A stretch of DNA of 57,560 nt, filler included, from Circinaria calcarea (taxonomy: Eukaryota): NCBI GenBank assembly GCA_051942165.1. It is 8 parts of 8 records of this genome, joined end to end, with 100 filler letters (N's around TTAATTAATTAA, not from the genome) between each part and the next. Parts side by side here need not be neighbours in the genome. Positions count along the whole stretch, not along the records: positions 21,661 to 28,771 come from JAVECS010001407.1; positions 28,872 to 35,976 come from JAVECS010001408.1; 6 more parts are not named here. One strand, written 5' to 3'. Of the stretch, positions 22,251-35,053 are shown piece after piece. Both the position numbers and the translations under genes were made by a program. The notes below the pieces were generated by a model that worked only from the letters and a program-made list of their open reading frames with translations, was not told the origin of the DNA and ran no database searches. Position 1 is the first letter of the stretch; the number at the start of each line of letters is the position of its first letter.

Positions 22251-25106
22251 TCAAACACCCTCCCAAGATGCACTCCCGTATCCGCTACTCCGTTCCGCCT
22301 CTTCGAGCGCCACATTCCTCCATCCGGTCCCGACTCCCAGCACTTTACTCCTCTTCCGTGCCAGACTCAACTCTTTCCTCACCTTCCCTTCCTCCCTTTC
22401 CTCAAAACTCCGGAATCTTCTCACGGCCAATCCCCCTTCGCTTGTAAACGGATCGCTCCCGTCGCCCAAATTACCATCATCGCTATACTCGAATTCATCG
22501 AATCCCAGCCCCGAAGTACTTTTCATCAGCCGGGGTCCCTGCTGTCCCTCGCTTCCAGCTCTTCCTCTTCCGCCGATTTCCCCTGACTGGTTCTCTTTTT
22601 CCTCTTCACCACTGTACAAGCTTTGTCTGGCTCGCTCTCCACCTTTCCACCTTGCCATCTTCCGAGGGCTCCCTTCTAATCTTTTTTCTAAATCATCCAC
22701 CTCACTTTTTGTGATCGTCCCGTGGACAAATCTTTCGATGCTCCGTTTCCGCGCTGCCGCAAAAGCTTGGCCTTGACTATAACGGTAGGGTGTACCGATG
22801 GTTCCCCCAAAGGAGGACTGGGTATGACGGTGCTTGCTGGATGAAGAATGCATACGACGGTGCTCGATTGCCGAGGCAACTTGGGCGACGGAATTGGGGG
22901 GAATGTCCAAGGAGTTCTAGTGAGATTAGTAACAAGGGATAGGTGAGGAAGAATGCAGTCGTACCGGGTGAATGATTGTTAATGGTATCTGCACCGTTAG
23001 GGGTTTTCTAACAGACCCATCGCTTAGTATGGTCTAAGCCCTGGGAAAAGTGATTAAAGGTACTGACGAGCAGGATGAATGAGCGCGAATGGAGAGAAAG
23101 AAGCGAACACCGAAGAAGCGACCTGCATTGCCAGGTCTGTTAGCTTATACTCGTCGAGCAAAATACCTGGCGGCCACATATTGGATAGGTCTCTGCTTCG
23201 CTATTCAAGCACGAAGAGTCAAATTTACCTGCATCAACAGTGACAAGACCAGTAGGTATCTGTAAACGAAAGGTCCTGACCTCTTGCGAGTGAGGAGGTA
23301 CACCCGACCATCCATGACGAGCTTTCTTTAGAATGCTTCTTGCAACGACTTCTCTATCAGTCAAGTCCGGAAGTCTGAGATGATCCGCCGTTTCAACTTT
23401 AGTGAAAGCTGCGCTATGATTGAAAAAGGTGGTCACTTTCAACAACTGAAGCTCGATTTTCTTCACGATGATATCGCTACTATTGAAAACATGGACATCT
23501 GCAAACATGGCGATGCCGCTCACCCAAGTCTGGCGGTGAACCCCGGCTGTCAACTTGATTGCCTTGTGAGAACCAAAGGAGAAAAGGAGCTCATCCTCAG
23601 CTGTAAGGGGATTTGGTAGATTTACCAGTGCTTTCTCCGCTATGATTAGTCAGTAGAGAACGCATGGTTTGTATCCAGTAGTCGAGAACATACGATCGTG
23701 GATAGTTAGTACTGGTATTTCTTGCGACCTCCGTACTTGATACTGCTTTCCAAGTATCCTCAATGTCATAGTCGCGCATAATATGTATTTGATAGATACC
23801 GGCTTCGACGAATAGGGTGGAGGACCCATGTTTACCGGTAAATCCAACCGAAAAGGCAGTACCGAGACGGATGGCATTACATCCCAGTAAGCATCTGATA
23901 ATGCCCGAGGTGCGGCAACCATTGTAGCAGGTGGCGGGTGCGTTTCATCGATAAGTTCATTCGCTAGAGTTCGAAAAATGAATTTCTTTCCTTGTAAGCT
24001 CTCAACCCCTAGAATATCGACAGAAATTCTCCCCATCGATATTATGGGTTTGGGCTTCTGTCGGCTCTTGAAACGGCCGCCATCGACTGTAACGTAGAGT
24101 TGGCCTTCCACCGTACCGCCACCGACGAAAAGCGGTGCTGGAACCCGCATCTCCAATGATACGCGCGCGTGGCCGATCTCAGGCATATCCAGAATATCAA
24201 CGGGTCTGACGGATCGAACAAAGGTCCTTGAAGGTATCCGGCGCATTCCCGACGATACTGGATTCAGCCTTGCTGCCGCATCTCGCACGGGTGAAGTCGA
24301 TTGGCCCCGAGGAGAAATAGTCTGCCGTTGCGAGGTGGGAGTCGGGGGTGCCCGATCAGTCGCATCACTCGACGCTCTGGAGACACGGGACATTCGATGT
24401 CTGAGTTGGCTCCTGGACGACCTCCTCTCGGGTACCCGTGATACGGGTAACCGGTTAGCACTAGTGCCATCAAACTGATTCCAGCGCAGCGATGTTTTGT
24501 CCAAATACCCCTTACTCCGAGTCCTAATCTCCGGTGAGGCGGTTGTGTCGTTGTCGGCAGTGTCAGAACCTAACAGGGATGCTTCAAGGATGTCTGAGAG
24601 TGGTCGAGGTGTACTGTAACTAGCGAAAGCGGATTCTGGTCGTGGGGGTCCAGAAATAAAATGGGGGTCCCGGGGACCCGGTTGAACGAATGTGATTTGG
24701 TCGTAGGAAGCCCGTCGAAATACGTGGAGGCGCTCTTCAGTAGGGCATGTCAGCAGACGGTCAATCAGGGTGCAGGTAGTGCTGCCTGCAGAGTATCTGC
24801 CTGGCTTTTGTTCACTAAACCATTTACCTACCGGGCCTGGCCATTGGTTGACAATCCTTTCCCCAAACTAGCATCGAACAATGATTGGCCCTGTTGCTCA
24901 AATACCGCTGCTGTCACTGAACGGAAGCATTTTAACGGTCCCCTTTGTTTGGACAACCAGATGGTCATGACTTCCACGATACTCCGATCGTCATTGCACT
25001 TACGGCAAGTCCAGGGCCTGAGAAGACTGCTTGCTCCTGCCTCTCGGAGAATTTCTGCAGCTGTGAGCTGACCACCTGAAGCACCGGGAGATCTCCTCCT
25101 TTCCAT
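22251..25106 (-). CDS. Arrestin-fold domain protein (multi-exon; start codon uncertain)
   Basis: HARVSLEMRVPAPLFVGGGTVEGQL, ISVDILGVE, LPFRLDLPVNMGPPPY, IKYILCAT (arrestin-N-like) and HRQTWVSG...DVHVFNSSDIIVKKIELQL (arrestin-C-like). The frame is open upstream of 24504 to about 24736. Confidence 0.7.
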
Positions 25107-26425
25107 GATCGCCGGCTGACACCTTGTGTAAGACAGGCGGTATTCAAGGTAGAGCCATACTTACTCTGGTATATACATCCCGATCAAGACTGTTGATCCA
25201 AGGAGAAGGATCCTCGTTATTTTAAAGCTTGAAGCCGATATGATTGGCATCATTGATAGGAGCTTCCTTCTTGGGGGTGCCTGTGTAACACTGCATGGTA
25301 GTCGATGCCAAACGGTACCTGACGATCATCTGGGCGGTGAGTGCCAATACTGTACGCAAAAAGGTTAATCGAACCTTCAATGCGCGTCGTCGAACCGTTC
25401 TAGAAGGTGTGTTCAAGTACCTCCGGTCGCACGAGGCTCACCCGCGCGCTTGTAGTGCCTTCTTACCCCATGAAGCCATGATCTGTCGTCCCAAGTCCGC
25501 GGAGAAGGGAACTGGGAAAATCTTAAAAAGACGCCTCCAACGTCAAGACGGACCACCCATTCTTCCCCGCCGTTTCTCACTATTCCCGAAATAGACAAAG
25601 AATCCAGCCCCTTCGACTGCTGCCGCCAAATGTCGTATGAGCCGCCAAGATAAAGATGGTCACCCACACGACACCCAAGCATATACGCCATCGTCACGTA
25701 CCACCACCCCGTATGCCATCCCAACCTCCCACATGGACTCGGTCGTGTCCGCTTCCCCCAGTCTAGCTAATCATCGACGCTCCCAGGTCTCCATGCTGAC
25801 TATCCGTGACTGCCTACGGTGAGCGACGGTGCTGGGTCCGTTAATATCGATAGGGCTACATGCGCCGGGTGCATCGTGATCGTTGCAAATTTTCCTCCCT
25901 ATGGTACCGGAACCCCTCGAAACCTTCGCGTCCCAAGACGATGAGTGAAATGATCAATCCTGATTCCTCCAGACACCCGTCCTCTAATCTAAGCCACTGA
26001 CCCTTCGTACCCGGCGAACGGCCTAGTCAGACCCCACAAAATGTCACCAAGCCCGGTGCCCTGGTTGGGCCTTCCATCACCCTTCCTTTTCATCCGGTCC
26101 TTTTCTCAACAGTAAGGCTAAGGCTAAGGCTGCAGCAAATCCACGCGGATCTGCTTCGACAGTCTGGGCCGGCAATGCCCGCTTTCCCCTCACCGCCGGG
26201 ACTCCGTAAAGCACCTATTATCTAACGCTTTGCCTGTCTCGTGTTCTTTCCTCCATTCTCTTACACATCTTATCAAATCTCCAGGTAGCCGTCGCCCTTC
26301 ACTTAGTTCTCTGCTTCGTGCGTTAGGGTTGTCAAGCGCGTCGCTTGACACACTGCACGACCCTGGCGCCGTTTTTGGACAGCAACCTTAGTGGTACCTT
26401 TGAAGGTGGTCAGATAATAGTGGAC

Positions 26426-27847
26426 ATGTCAAATGTCGAAGATGTACCGGCCGTACCTAAAACAGAGCCTTCACGGGAAGGATCCTTCTCGTCTCAAGCC
26501 TCATCACCAGAGCTCGAGCTGGATGAGCACACATCCATTACGGAAAATGTTCAGGTACAGAAGCGGAAGGGCGGGCGAAAACCTGTGTGTACCATGGTGG
26601 GAGCGTTTCAATACAAGCTGTGCTGACCATGGGGAAGATCTATGCCACCTCCGAGGAGCGTAAGCAAAGGAACCGCCAGGCTCAAGCGGCATTCCGAGAA
26701 CGTCGAACAGAGTATATAAAGCAACTGGAAACAAACATCAAGCATCAAGACGAAACGCTGCAGAGTCTACAGCAGAGTCATCGTGCGGCTGCGGATGAAT
26801 GTCTGATGTTACGATATAAGAACTCTTTACTTGAGCGTATACTTCTCGAGAAAGGTAAAGGTTCAAATCGCCAAATGTCACACCATCGCTCATGAGAAAG
26901 GTAGGCATTGACGTTCAAGAAGAGCTCAAAACTATTGCAGCTCCAGTAGCCGACAGACCAGGTCCCTCTGCTCCCAAACCAACGACTGTACAGCGTGCGA
27001 TCATAAACCAGCACCATAATGCTCGACGCTCGACTTCTGGTCCTACTCATCGACTCCTACAAGCTCAAAAGCCGAGCGCCAATATGGTTCCTAGCCAATC
27101 TCCGCAGATACAGCCTACGGTCCCTTCCGTAACTTCCTCGCCCGTCACGTCCAAATCTCCTTGTTTTACAGTCCAAGGTGGGATGATTTCACCTCATTTA
27201 GGTGTACCAGCTCAGCAGCAACTTCAACAGCCACAGCAGCAACAGCAGCCGCCGCCGCCTAGAGGCAGTACCTACCCACCGCTACGCCCCATCCCCGGTC
27301 CAGGCTTACCCATGTCAAATCCAAATTTGCAAGGTGCTACACCGAATATGATAGGAGGGCAGAGAAGTGATGGAAGGAATGGTGCACTGGGGACCCGGTC
27401 AACCCCATGGCCATCTCCTTATCAGACTCATATAGAGCAACTCGGCAAGCTGACCCGCTCCCTCCTTCCCCTTTTCATTTGAATAGAGCTATGTTCGTCC
27501 TAGACTTAAAATTTTCTGTAGAACAGGAATATACCAACACGCATGCGGACATGGTCGACGACCAAGACCCCAGTGACCACTCGGCTGGTCCAGGTCCCTA
27601 CCCCCAAACCTTTCACGAGCAGCCCTTCCCTCCGGGGCAACGGTCTCAGACGAGTAGCCAGGATCAGTCGATGATGCAAACCCCGACAATGCTCCAACCC
27701 GGAGACCCTAGGGCGCAGATGTTTGGTACTGTGAACCAGATGTTTGACCCATTTGATCCCATGCTCGATGCCGATCCTTTCGGCCTCACAGCAAGTATGC
27801 AGTTTCCAACTCAATTCTCATTCCAAGAAAGTGCTATGAGAAAATAA
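26426..27847 (+). CDS. bZIP transcription factor (AP-1/Yap-like basic region; resembles the Neurospora ada-1 family)
   Basis: Introns 26585-26637, 26855-26904 and 27445-27521 (GC-AG). KRKGGRKPIYATSEERKQRNRQAQAAFRERRTEYIKQLE, ADECLMLRYKNSLLERILLEKGIDV, C-terminal FDPFDPMLDADPFGLTASMQFPTQF. Confidence 0.9.
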
Positions 27848-28427
27848 GTTATCTTTCAAAGGATCGAGGGCTATCCCTGGGATGGCAAGGTGTAAGAATA
27901 GGAGAGATTTACTTGGCGTTAAAATGGATGGAGGACTACTCTAGGCTTTGACCATGTTATCCTGACTGGCTGAAAAGTATTTAGGCGTTGGGGGGCATCT
28001 GTGGCGTGATACCCTACAAAACTTGCTGGCAAGCTTAAGTTGTATTGGTACCGAAAATATCTCTCAGCGTCGAGTGTACGCTATAATTGGCAGAGCACCA
28101 GAAGTAGTGTTATCACTACTGAATAATAAATTATAGCAAACTTGATCTTAGCCATGCTTTTGAGGTGAATAGCTAGTAGCTGTTTAAGAAATTACACTCC
28201 GTAGCTGTCGAGAATTCAGGTCTATGCGGTCCAAGGCGTTTCGCTTCGCTAAAAGGAGAATTCCGCACACATTCGACCTTGCCGTCGATCCACATATCCT
28301 GCGATTATCAGAAAGAGAGACAAGGTCCTGCAAAAGGGTCTCGTCACTCTTTTTACTATCATTAGTAGCACATAGTGTTGCGAGCTCAAGGTAAGCCTTC
28401 ATAGGAAGGCAGAGGGAGTCGGACGTC

Positions 28428-28771
28428 ATGGTGGACGTCAAGTCAAAGGTGAGCGCAATACACTGCACCATTCCTTTCCGTACATTTCTTCACGGTATAC
28501 GTTTGAAAGGATCCCCGATAGCCAGCTACTAACAGTCATATCATAGAACCTTTACGAGCTCCTCGGTATACCTTAAGGGTTAACACTCGACTACGCTCCT
28601 CTACTAATTGAGAATCGACAGGGAATGATCACGATGAGGACTCGGACAAGGAGCCTGAGCCACCGGTCAAAGTAGCCGATAAGCCGATACCGCGAAGCTC
28701 GAAGCGCAACACTCCTGATGTCGCACCAAGCGGTGGGCATGAACGAGGAGCTGTAGGGGATAGGGGGGGTG
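28428..28771 (+). CDS. STM1: Stm1 ribosome-hibernation/nucleic-acid-binding protein, 5' part (truncated)
   Basis: Exons 28428-28448, 28547-28565 and 28622 onward give MVDVKSKNLYELLGNDHDEDSDKEPEPPVKVADKPIPRSSKR, the Stm1 N-terminal motif. Not in the ORF track. Confidence 0.8.
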
Positions 28772-28871
28772 NNNNNNNNNNNNNNNNNNNNNNNNNNNNN
28801 NNNNNNNNNNNNNNNTTAATTAATTAANNNNNNNNNNNNNNNNNNNNNNNNNNNNNNNNNNNNNNNNNNNN
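28772..28871. other. Artificial contig linker
   Basis: 44 N + TTAATTAATTAA + 44 N. Confidence 0.98.
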
Positions 28872-28928
28872 CATAAATCCATACTACACAAGTGCTTGTC
28901 ACACAACCAACCCCACCTTCCCACCAGA

Positions 28929-29303
28929 ATGTCCTCACAAACTCCCGAGCCCCCAACCAACAACATGGGCCTCCTCATCTCCACCCACACCCTCGGCCCC
29001 TCCATCATCGCCCGCCACAACACCCCTGCCGCTATCCTCGACGCGTCCGAGCTCTCCCTCCTGCGCTCCTTCTGCCTCGACCCGTCCCGGAAAGACACCG
29101 TCCTCCGCGAACACGACGTGGTTGACGACCAAGGCCAGGGAGTAGGCATCAAGGCACAGCGGGGAGTTAGTTTGGCGGGCTATGTCATTGGAAGACATGG
29201 TACTGAGCAGCCGGCGCTGAGTGAGGAGGAGGTGAGGATGTTGAGGAACTGGTTTGAGAGTGGGGGGAGGGGGCGGGCGACGGAAGCGGGTTGTGAGTCG
29301 TGA
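28929..29303 (+). CDS. Small hypothetical protein
   Basis: GC3-rich ORF MSSQTPEPP...LRSFCLDPSRKDTVL...SLAGYVIG...LSEEEVRMLRNWFESGG; no family recognised. Confidence 0.55.
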   Translation: MSSQTPEPPTNNMGLLISTHTLGPSIIARHNTPAAILDASELSLLRSFCLDPSRKDTVLREHDVVDDQGQGVGIKAQRGVSLAGYVIGRHGTEQPALSEEEVRMLRNWFESGGRGRATEAGCES

Positions 29304-29707
29304 GTTGGGGGGTGGTGGCACTTAGGCATGCTGGTCCGACAAGGCTTCTTGAGAGATTTGTGCTGCATGACCATAGGCTAGGTAGAGTTATCGGATCCAA
29401 TATGACGGATTGTGTGACGCTGCTTGCTGTACATCATTCGAAGTAAACCTTCTGAGTATTAGCATGGAAGAGTGCTTCTTTCCCAATGCGTCCGTCGAGC
29501 TGGCTAGACTCTTTAGGTTTCGCTGCTGGGTAGCTTCCTTTCTGCTAGAATGCCACAATGAAGCGACCTAGCTGTGCCAGGATGAGAAGGCTATTTACCT
29601 CGACGTGCCAAGTCATGAAGACACGATCGCTGTTGCCAAGCTTGTCTGCCCGGATCTCGAAGGCTCGGAGTAAGGCTGAATGGTAGGTTCTACAGACACC
29701 CGTGACC

Positions 29708-30484
29708 TCATCCTTTGTTTAAATTTGCGATAAAGGCAGTACGCTGTTTCGGAGGGTTGGCAGCAATGATTTCATCATAGCAATCCTGCAGTTCGTCCTG
29801 CTTGCGTTGCAGAAGCTTGTCCTCCATGAATGCCATTCGAAGCTCTGTTGGAGAAGAATACGCTGTAGCAGCTTCGAGGAACTGGTTGAACAGACATTGA
29901 AATTTGCTTGATAGCTTGCCTTCACTCTGCAAAGACGCGTGGAACCCAGAAATCTCGACGCAACCAGGAATGTCTTTCCATTCCTGCATGGTCCCGGGTG
30001 CAATTCCGTATAAATCCTTGTAGATGTCCTGGTCGGATACCTGATGGGTCTCGTAGAGCCAAGCATCCACAACTGGTTTCCCGCGGTGGGCGGCGCGATC
30101 TCCAGATTTGATGCGGTCGTAGCCAGCTTTGCCAATGGGTTTCCCCATCTTTTGGCGGTGACGCTCGAGATAGCGGATCCTGACTTCTTTCCCGACATTC
30201 TTGACGGGAGTATCTCGTAGGCTCTTTTGTTCTAAATCTTGCATCTTCGATATCAGTTTCCCGAGCTCTTCTTGGCAAGATCGAGCCTCGGCCTTTAGGG
30301 CACATATCTCGTCCCGCTGCAGTTCTTTCTCTAATTCTACCTTCTTCAGCTCCTGGTCCAGCTTGGCTATCTGGTCCTGTAAGTCTTTTACTAATTGGTC
30401 TTGAGCCGGCAGTGCTTGCTGGCCAGCATGAGATTCTGACCGTAAAGAGAGATTCTCGAAACGAGGTCTCAGCCCCGACATCAT
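29708..30484 (-). CDS. Hypothetical coiled-coil protein
   Basis: 258-aa single ORF with an N-terminal heptad coiled coil, then GDRAAHRG...DAWLY...D..IYKDLYG. Confidence 0.6.
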   Translation of the reverse strand: MMSGLRPRFENLSLRSESHAGQQALPAQDQLVKDLQDQIAKLDQELKKVELEKELQRDEICALKAEARSCQEELGKLISKMQDLEQKSLRDTPVKNVGKEVRIRYLERHRQKMGKPIGKAGYDRIKSGDRAAHRGKPVVDAWLYETHQVSDQDIYKDLYGIAPGTMQEWKDIPGCVEISGFHASLQSEGKLSSKFQCLFNQFLEAATAYSSPTELRMAFMEDKLLQRKQDELQDCYDEIIAANPPKQRTAFIANLNKG

Positions 30485-31134
30485 ACAATTACTAGACGAT
30501 CAACTGTTGTAGAGGAGCAAGGTCTTTATCTCAATACTAGGGCCTGCGAGTAATTTGGCCTTATGACATTAACCACGTTAGGGTCGTCTAAGGGAGATAC
30601 TGCAGTTTAGCGTTTCGTCGTTGAGAATGGTGCGCAATATAATGTTGGGAGCCCACCAACAGTAAAAAGCTCTTCCTTAGATTTGTGATTGGTAATTGCT
30701 GGTGTCAGCACGGTATCGTAACACCGGTGACTTCGCAACCCAACGTACTGCTACCTTGCTGAGCGTGCAGCAGCCCTTACCACGCCACTACCGTGCATCC
30801 GGATGCACTTACGAAAAACGATCTGCGATATGGGGAATGATATGGATCGAGGCCTGCGTGCTTACGCCTTCGATCCCTCGCCGCAGTTAATATTCGCGCA
30901 CTGTCCTTGCCTCTCTCGCGGGTGACAGGGAAAAGGCGACGCCCACCGTATTTACATGCCAAAGTATAGGCCCCAAATTTGTGAGGACCCCTTCTAACAC
31001 TAGGGATCCTCGGGCGTAAATTAGTGGGTGTGCCTACAGAGTACGGCGGGGTGAATTTTGCTGTCGCATTTTTCTCTGGACCTAATTCTTGAAATTTCAA
31101 GAACGATCTTCAGCTGTTAGACCAGTTAAAAGCT

Positions 31135-31310
31135 ATAACTCCAAGTAGGATAGTAGAACTCACGTCTGTAATTCAGACAAACACCTCCAAAGTCGACCAC
31201 TACCTCTCTTCCGTGGTTACGCCAACTCCTTCTTTCGATATCGAAGCTCCGTTGGGATTCATACTCCCAGCGGAGATCGCAGCCTGTCGAGAGGCCATAC
31301 CAGAGACCCC
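31135..31310 (+). pseudogene. Relic of an O-methyltransferase N-terminus
   Basis: (ATA)TPSRIVELTSVIQTNTSKVDHYLSSVVTPTPSFDIEAP aligns by eye with MASRSRILELASIIQQHTAELDSYLSSQGLPSPSFGIDAP at 32440. No ATG; followed by AT-rich sequence. Confidence 0.65.
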
Positions 31311-32439
31311 TAAGCTATGCCGCATCCGGTTAAATGCCGTAGTATGTTCCCCCCCCTTATTTTCAATAATTGATTATTACAAAACAACAAGAGCAATTGG
31401 CGCTGTAAAATTAAGATATATTATAGATTAAATGAATACGAATAATAATTGATTATTAATGAATTAATTATCTAAATGCTTAGGCCGATAAACAAGCCTT
31501 CCATGTTGTAAGAGTCTCTACTCGAGAACCCTTACGAACCCTACGGGTGAACTATATACCGAGGTCACGAGGTATTAGCTTAGCGAGAAGGGTTTTCCTT
31601 GCGAAGCGTTACACCAGAATTCTTTAGCAATAATTCATACGCTATGCGAACCAATGCACATTATCACACAGTTTACCGACCCTTATTCGTAAGATCATTA
31701 TACTATTCGTAAAGGATCCTTACATTACACGTCGATTTATGCCACCTTATTAAAAAAAAGGATAATGGGCTGCTGGCGCGAAAGTACTTGGGATAACGTA
31801 TTAGTTTCCCCTCCATTTATAGCCCCGTAAATTAGGACGTGCATTCGCCTTAGAATAATTAATCAGGGAGGATATAGCACTCCTTTTCGGACCGTATCCA
31901 GCCAGCATTGGCTGGTTGACACCAACTGTTTCTTATGGGATCTCCCGTTCATACGTGCATAACCATAGGTTCCATTCGAGGGACTGGGTTTCCAAGTTTC
32001 CGCGATGCCTCTGCGCCGTATTCTATTGGGAAATAACTGTCAGCAACACCCTACCATGCATAATTGCCTCTTTTCACCCACCGATCAGCTGCATAGGTTG
32101 GCAGTCGCACAGTGCGTTCAGACGGCACAGTTGCCATAATGTCGATGAAGTTCGAGAGGAAGGTTCCACCACTTCGGATCACCAATTGCGGATCTGGTTA
32201 CGACCTCCAGGCGTTAGCTGGTACCTAGGGTGTTATTATTTTGGCCGAAATATCTGCAAAGCGGTTGACGAGATTACATCCTTTCTCTTAAGATGAGGCT
32301 TTACGCTCACATAACGACAGTGAATATATGAAAAACTCCCCCCTCGGTGATTATTTTAAAAAAATCATCCGAATTAGGTACTAAACCTCTTCTACCTTTA
32401 TAAATTTGTTTCAAGACTTGGAACGAGTTAAGAGCTAGG

Positions 32440-33776
32440 ATGGCATCACGGAGCAGAATTTTAGAGCTTGCGTCTATCATCCAACAACATACTGCAGAAT
32501 TGGATAGCTATTTATCAAGCCAAGGACTACCGTCACCTTCGTTCGGCATAGACGCACCTCCTATCATTCCACTCCCAGAGAAGCAGTCCGCTATCCAAGA
32601 AGCTATTCTCGATGCTACCGGTGAATTGCAAGCTCTAGTTGCAGGACCGCTGAACACGGTTATCCGGATCACCAGCCCCACAGTAAGCGTATCGACGGCA
32701 TATCTCAACTTCGACCAGACACTAATTACATCCTACAGGTTAACATTCTAATGGGCCTCCAAGCAATTCACCGTTTCAAAATCGCTCACAGCCTCGGCCT
32801 CAACGAACAAGTATCCTTTGCAGAGCTTGGACAGAGATGTGGTCTCAGTACTTCCGACACTCGCAGGTTTCTTCGCTGCGCCATCGTCAACCGTATATTT
32901 CAAGAGCCTCAGAAAGATATCGTGGCCCACAACGGACTGTCAAAGTTGCTTATTCAAGTTCCGTTGCTCAACGAGTGGATTGGCCTTGTCTGCGATGAGA
33001 TGTGGCCATCAGGAACACGTGCGGTCGAGGCAATGGTCAAGTGGCCAGGATCCGAAGAACCGCAGCACACTGGCTTTACGCTTGCAAAGGGAATAAATGG
33101 CTCATTCTTTGACCTGATGAAACAAGATCCCCAGCAAGCCCAAAAGTTTGCAGCAGCCATGCAATTTCTCCAGATGGCTCCGGAACTTAGCGTTTCTCAC
33201 CTGATCAACGGTCTTGGCTGGGACAGTGAGAATTGTCCTGCGCTTATGGTTGATATCGGTGGCTCACATGGGTCTATATGCATGGAATTGCTGAAGAAAT
33301 ATCCATCCTTGAAGTGCATCGTCCAGGACTTTCCAGAAGTCATTGCCGACGCGAAGGCTCCAGCTGACCTTGCGGATCGTCTGAGCTTTCAAGGACATAA
33401 TTTCTTCAGCGAACAAACTGTTCAAGGGGCAGATGTTTATTTCCTGAGATCAGTTCTACATGACTGGTCGGACAAGTATGCCATCATGATCCTGAAAAAC
33501 ATCGTTCCTGCTCTGAAGCACGGAGCGAAGATCATCATGAACGAAGTATGTTTACCGCCGCCTGGGATTTTGTCGTACTATAAGGAGCAGCTTCTGAGAG
33601 GCTATGACTTGTCAATGAAGCAGCAGCTCAACTCGAAGGAGCGCGAGGGTGAAGAATGGGCTGGGCTGCTTCAACAGGTGGATCCGAAGCTTAAGCTTAT
33701 TGCCATCAAGAACTCGCCACAATCCCTTCTTTCCATCATTAAGACACAATGGGAAGGCGAAACCTCTTACCAATAG
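32440..33776 (+). CDS. SAM-dependent O-methyltransferase (Methyltransf_2, secondary-metabolism type)
   Basis: Intron 32683-32738. MVDIGGSHG SAM motif, IVQDFPEV, GHNFF, ADVYFLRSVLHDWSDKYAIMILKNIVPALK, KERE. Confidence 0.93.
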
Positions 33777-35053
33777 GCAGCCGAGCGATACTATAGGGCC
33801 TGTCTTCTTTTATTAGGGATCTCGATTTCACTCATTAGCAATATTGAGACACAAGGAGCATATGATCTGGATGTCCCTGGCTCACGAACGAGAGGATGAA
33901 ACAGATGCCCTTAATCCCCACGCCCGCATACCTTCTCAAGTGATTGTGAGAGATTGCTAGAGTAATCCTTCCTGAGCTTCCATTCGCCCAATCCCCTCCA
34001 ATCGAGATGCCGTCTTGAACTCCTTGTGGTAGAATCTGCGCCTTAATGCTGCAGGGTCCGAACTTACCTAGTAAGCTATTCTACCACCTATTTTGCCGTC
34101 CAGCCTAGTGTGACAGCCCTACCTCCGTACAGACAACCTAGTCTTCCCCCACGCGGAAATATGGGGTCAATTCCATTTACCCCATACGCCGTACATAGAC
34201 CTGGACTCTCAACGCGACGCTATGCCATGCAGTGTCAGGTCTGGGGCGGCAAGTACTTTGTAGCCCCGTGGCATCTGGACTTTTGCACTTGGGAGGCACG
34301 GCACGCATCCATTGTAATATAAACTATCCGTACAGAGTACGGAGTACAGGATCTTGACACCTCCAAAAAAAAAGAGAGAACAGGGAAATGGGCCTTGCGG
34401 GGTTGGTCCAGCTTATCCCTGGTTAAGGCTGAAACTATGGTGCTGTGCCAACCCAGCTACTATGTGCTGATTGCTCGGCATCCATCACCTCGTTGGCGCC
34501 ATCACGGGAATTGCGCCATTAAACTCGTCCAAGCAAAATTTCACAATCACCCTCCATTATGCTTGCGACTCTGTTCCGCAGCCTTACTCGCAGCAAAGTT
34601 GGGGAGGGACCCTTGATGGTAGAATTTGGTAGCTGACTCTACGTTTCTATGTCCAAGTCTTGGCCATCAATGGCAGCCTTCCGGAGGATTTCAAAGGTTA
34701 CCATACATCTCCTCGAATAAGCAGTCAATCTGCTCCCTCACCCAGAGCTACTACAAAAAAGCCGTCATTCTCCGCGCTTTTCCAGGGCGGCAATCATTGG
34801 GAGAAAGCAACCAAGGCTGAAATCACAGAGTATTTGAGAATTCGTCTCAATGTTGCGTTGCAGTGTCCCGATTCCGTGCGATGTAATTACCCTATTAGAT
34901 CGAGTACTTCCATAAGGGGGGTTACTTTCAGTTTGGAGAAAATGTTTTTACAAGTGAAGCATTCAGCTCCTGCACGTTCGAAAGTAAAGGAGCCTCTTTC
35001 CTTCTTCGCATCCCTCCTCTTTCTCTTGACCTCTCTCTTCTCTCAAAGGCCAA

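Noticed and set aside
29719..30488. Overlapping 159-aa and 188-aa alternative-frame ORFs
   Set aside because: Shadow ORFs of the 258-aa gene with atypical composition.
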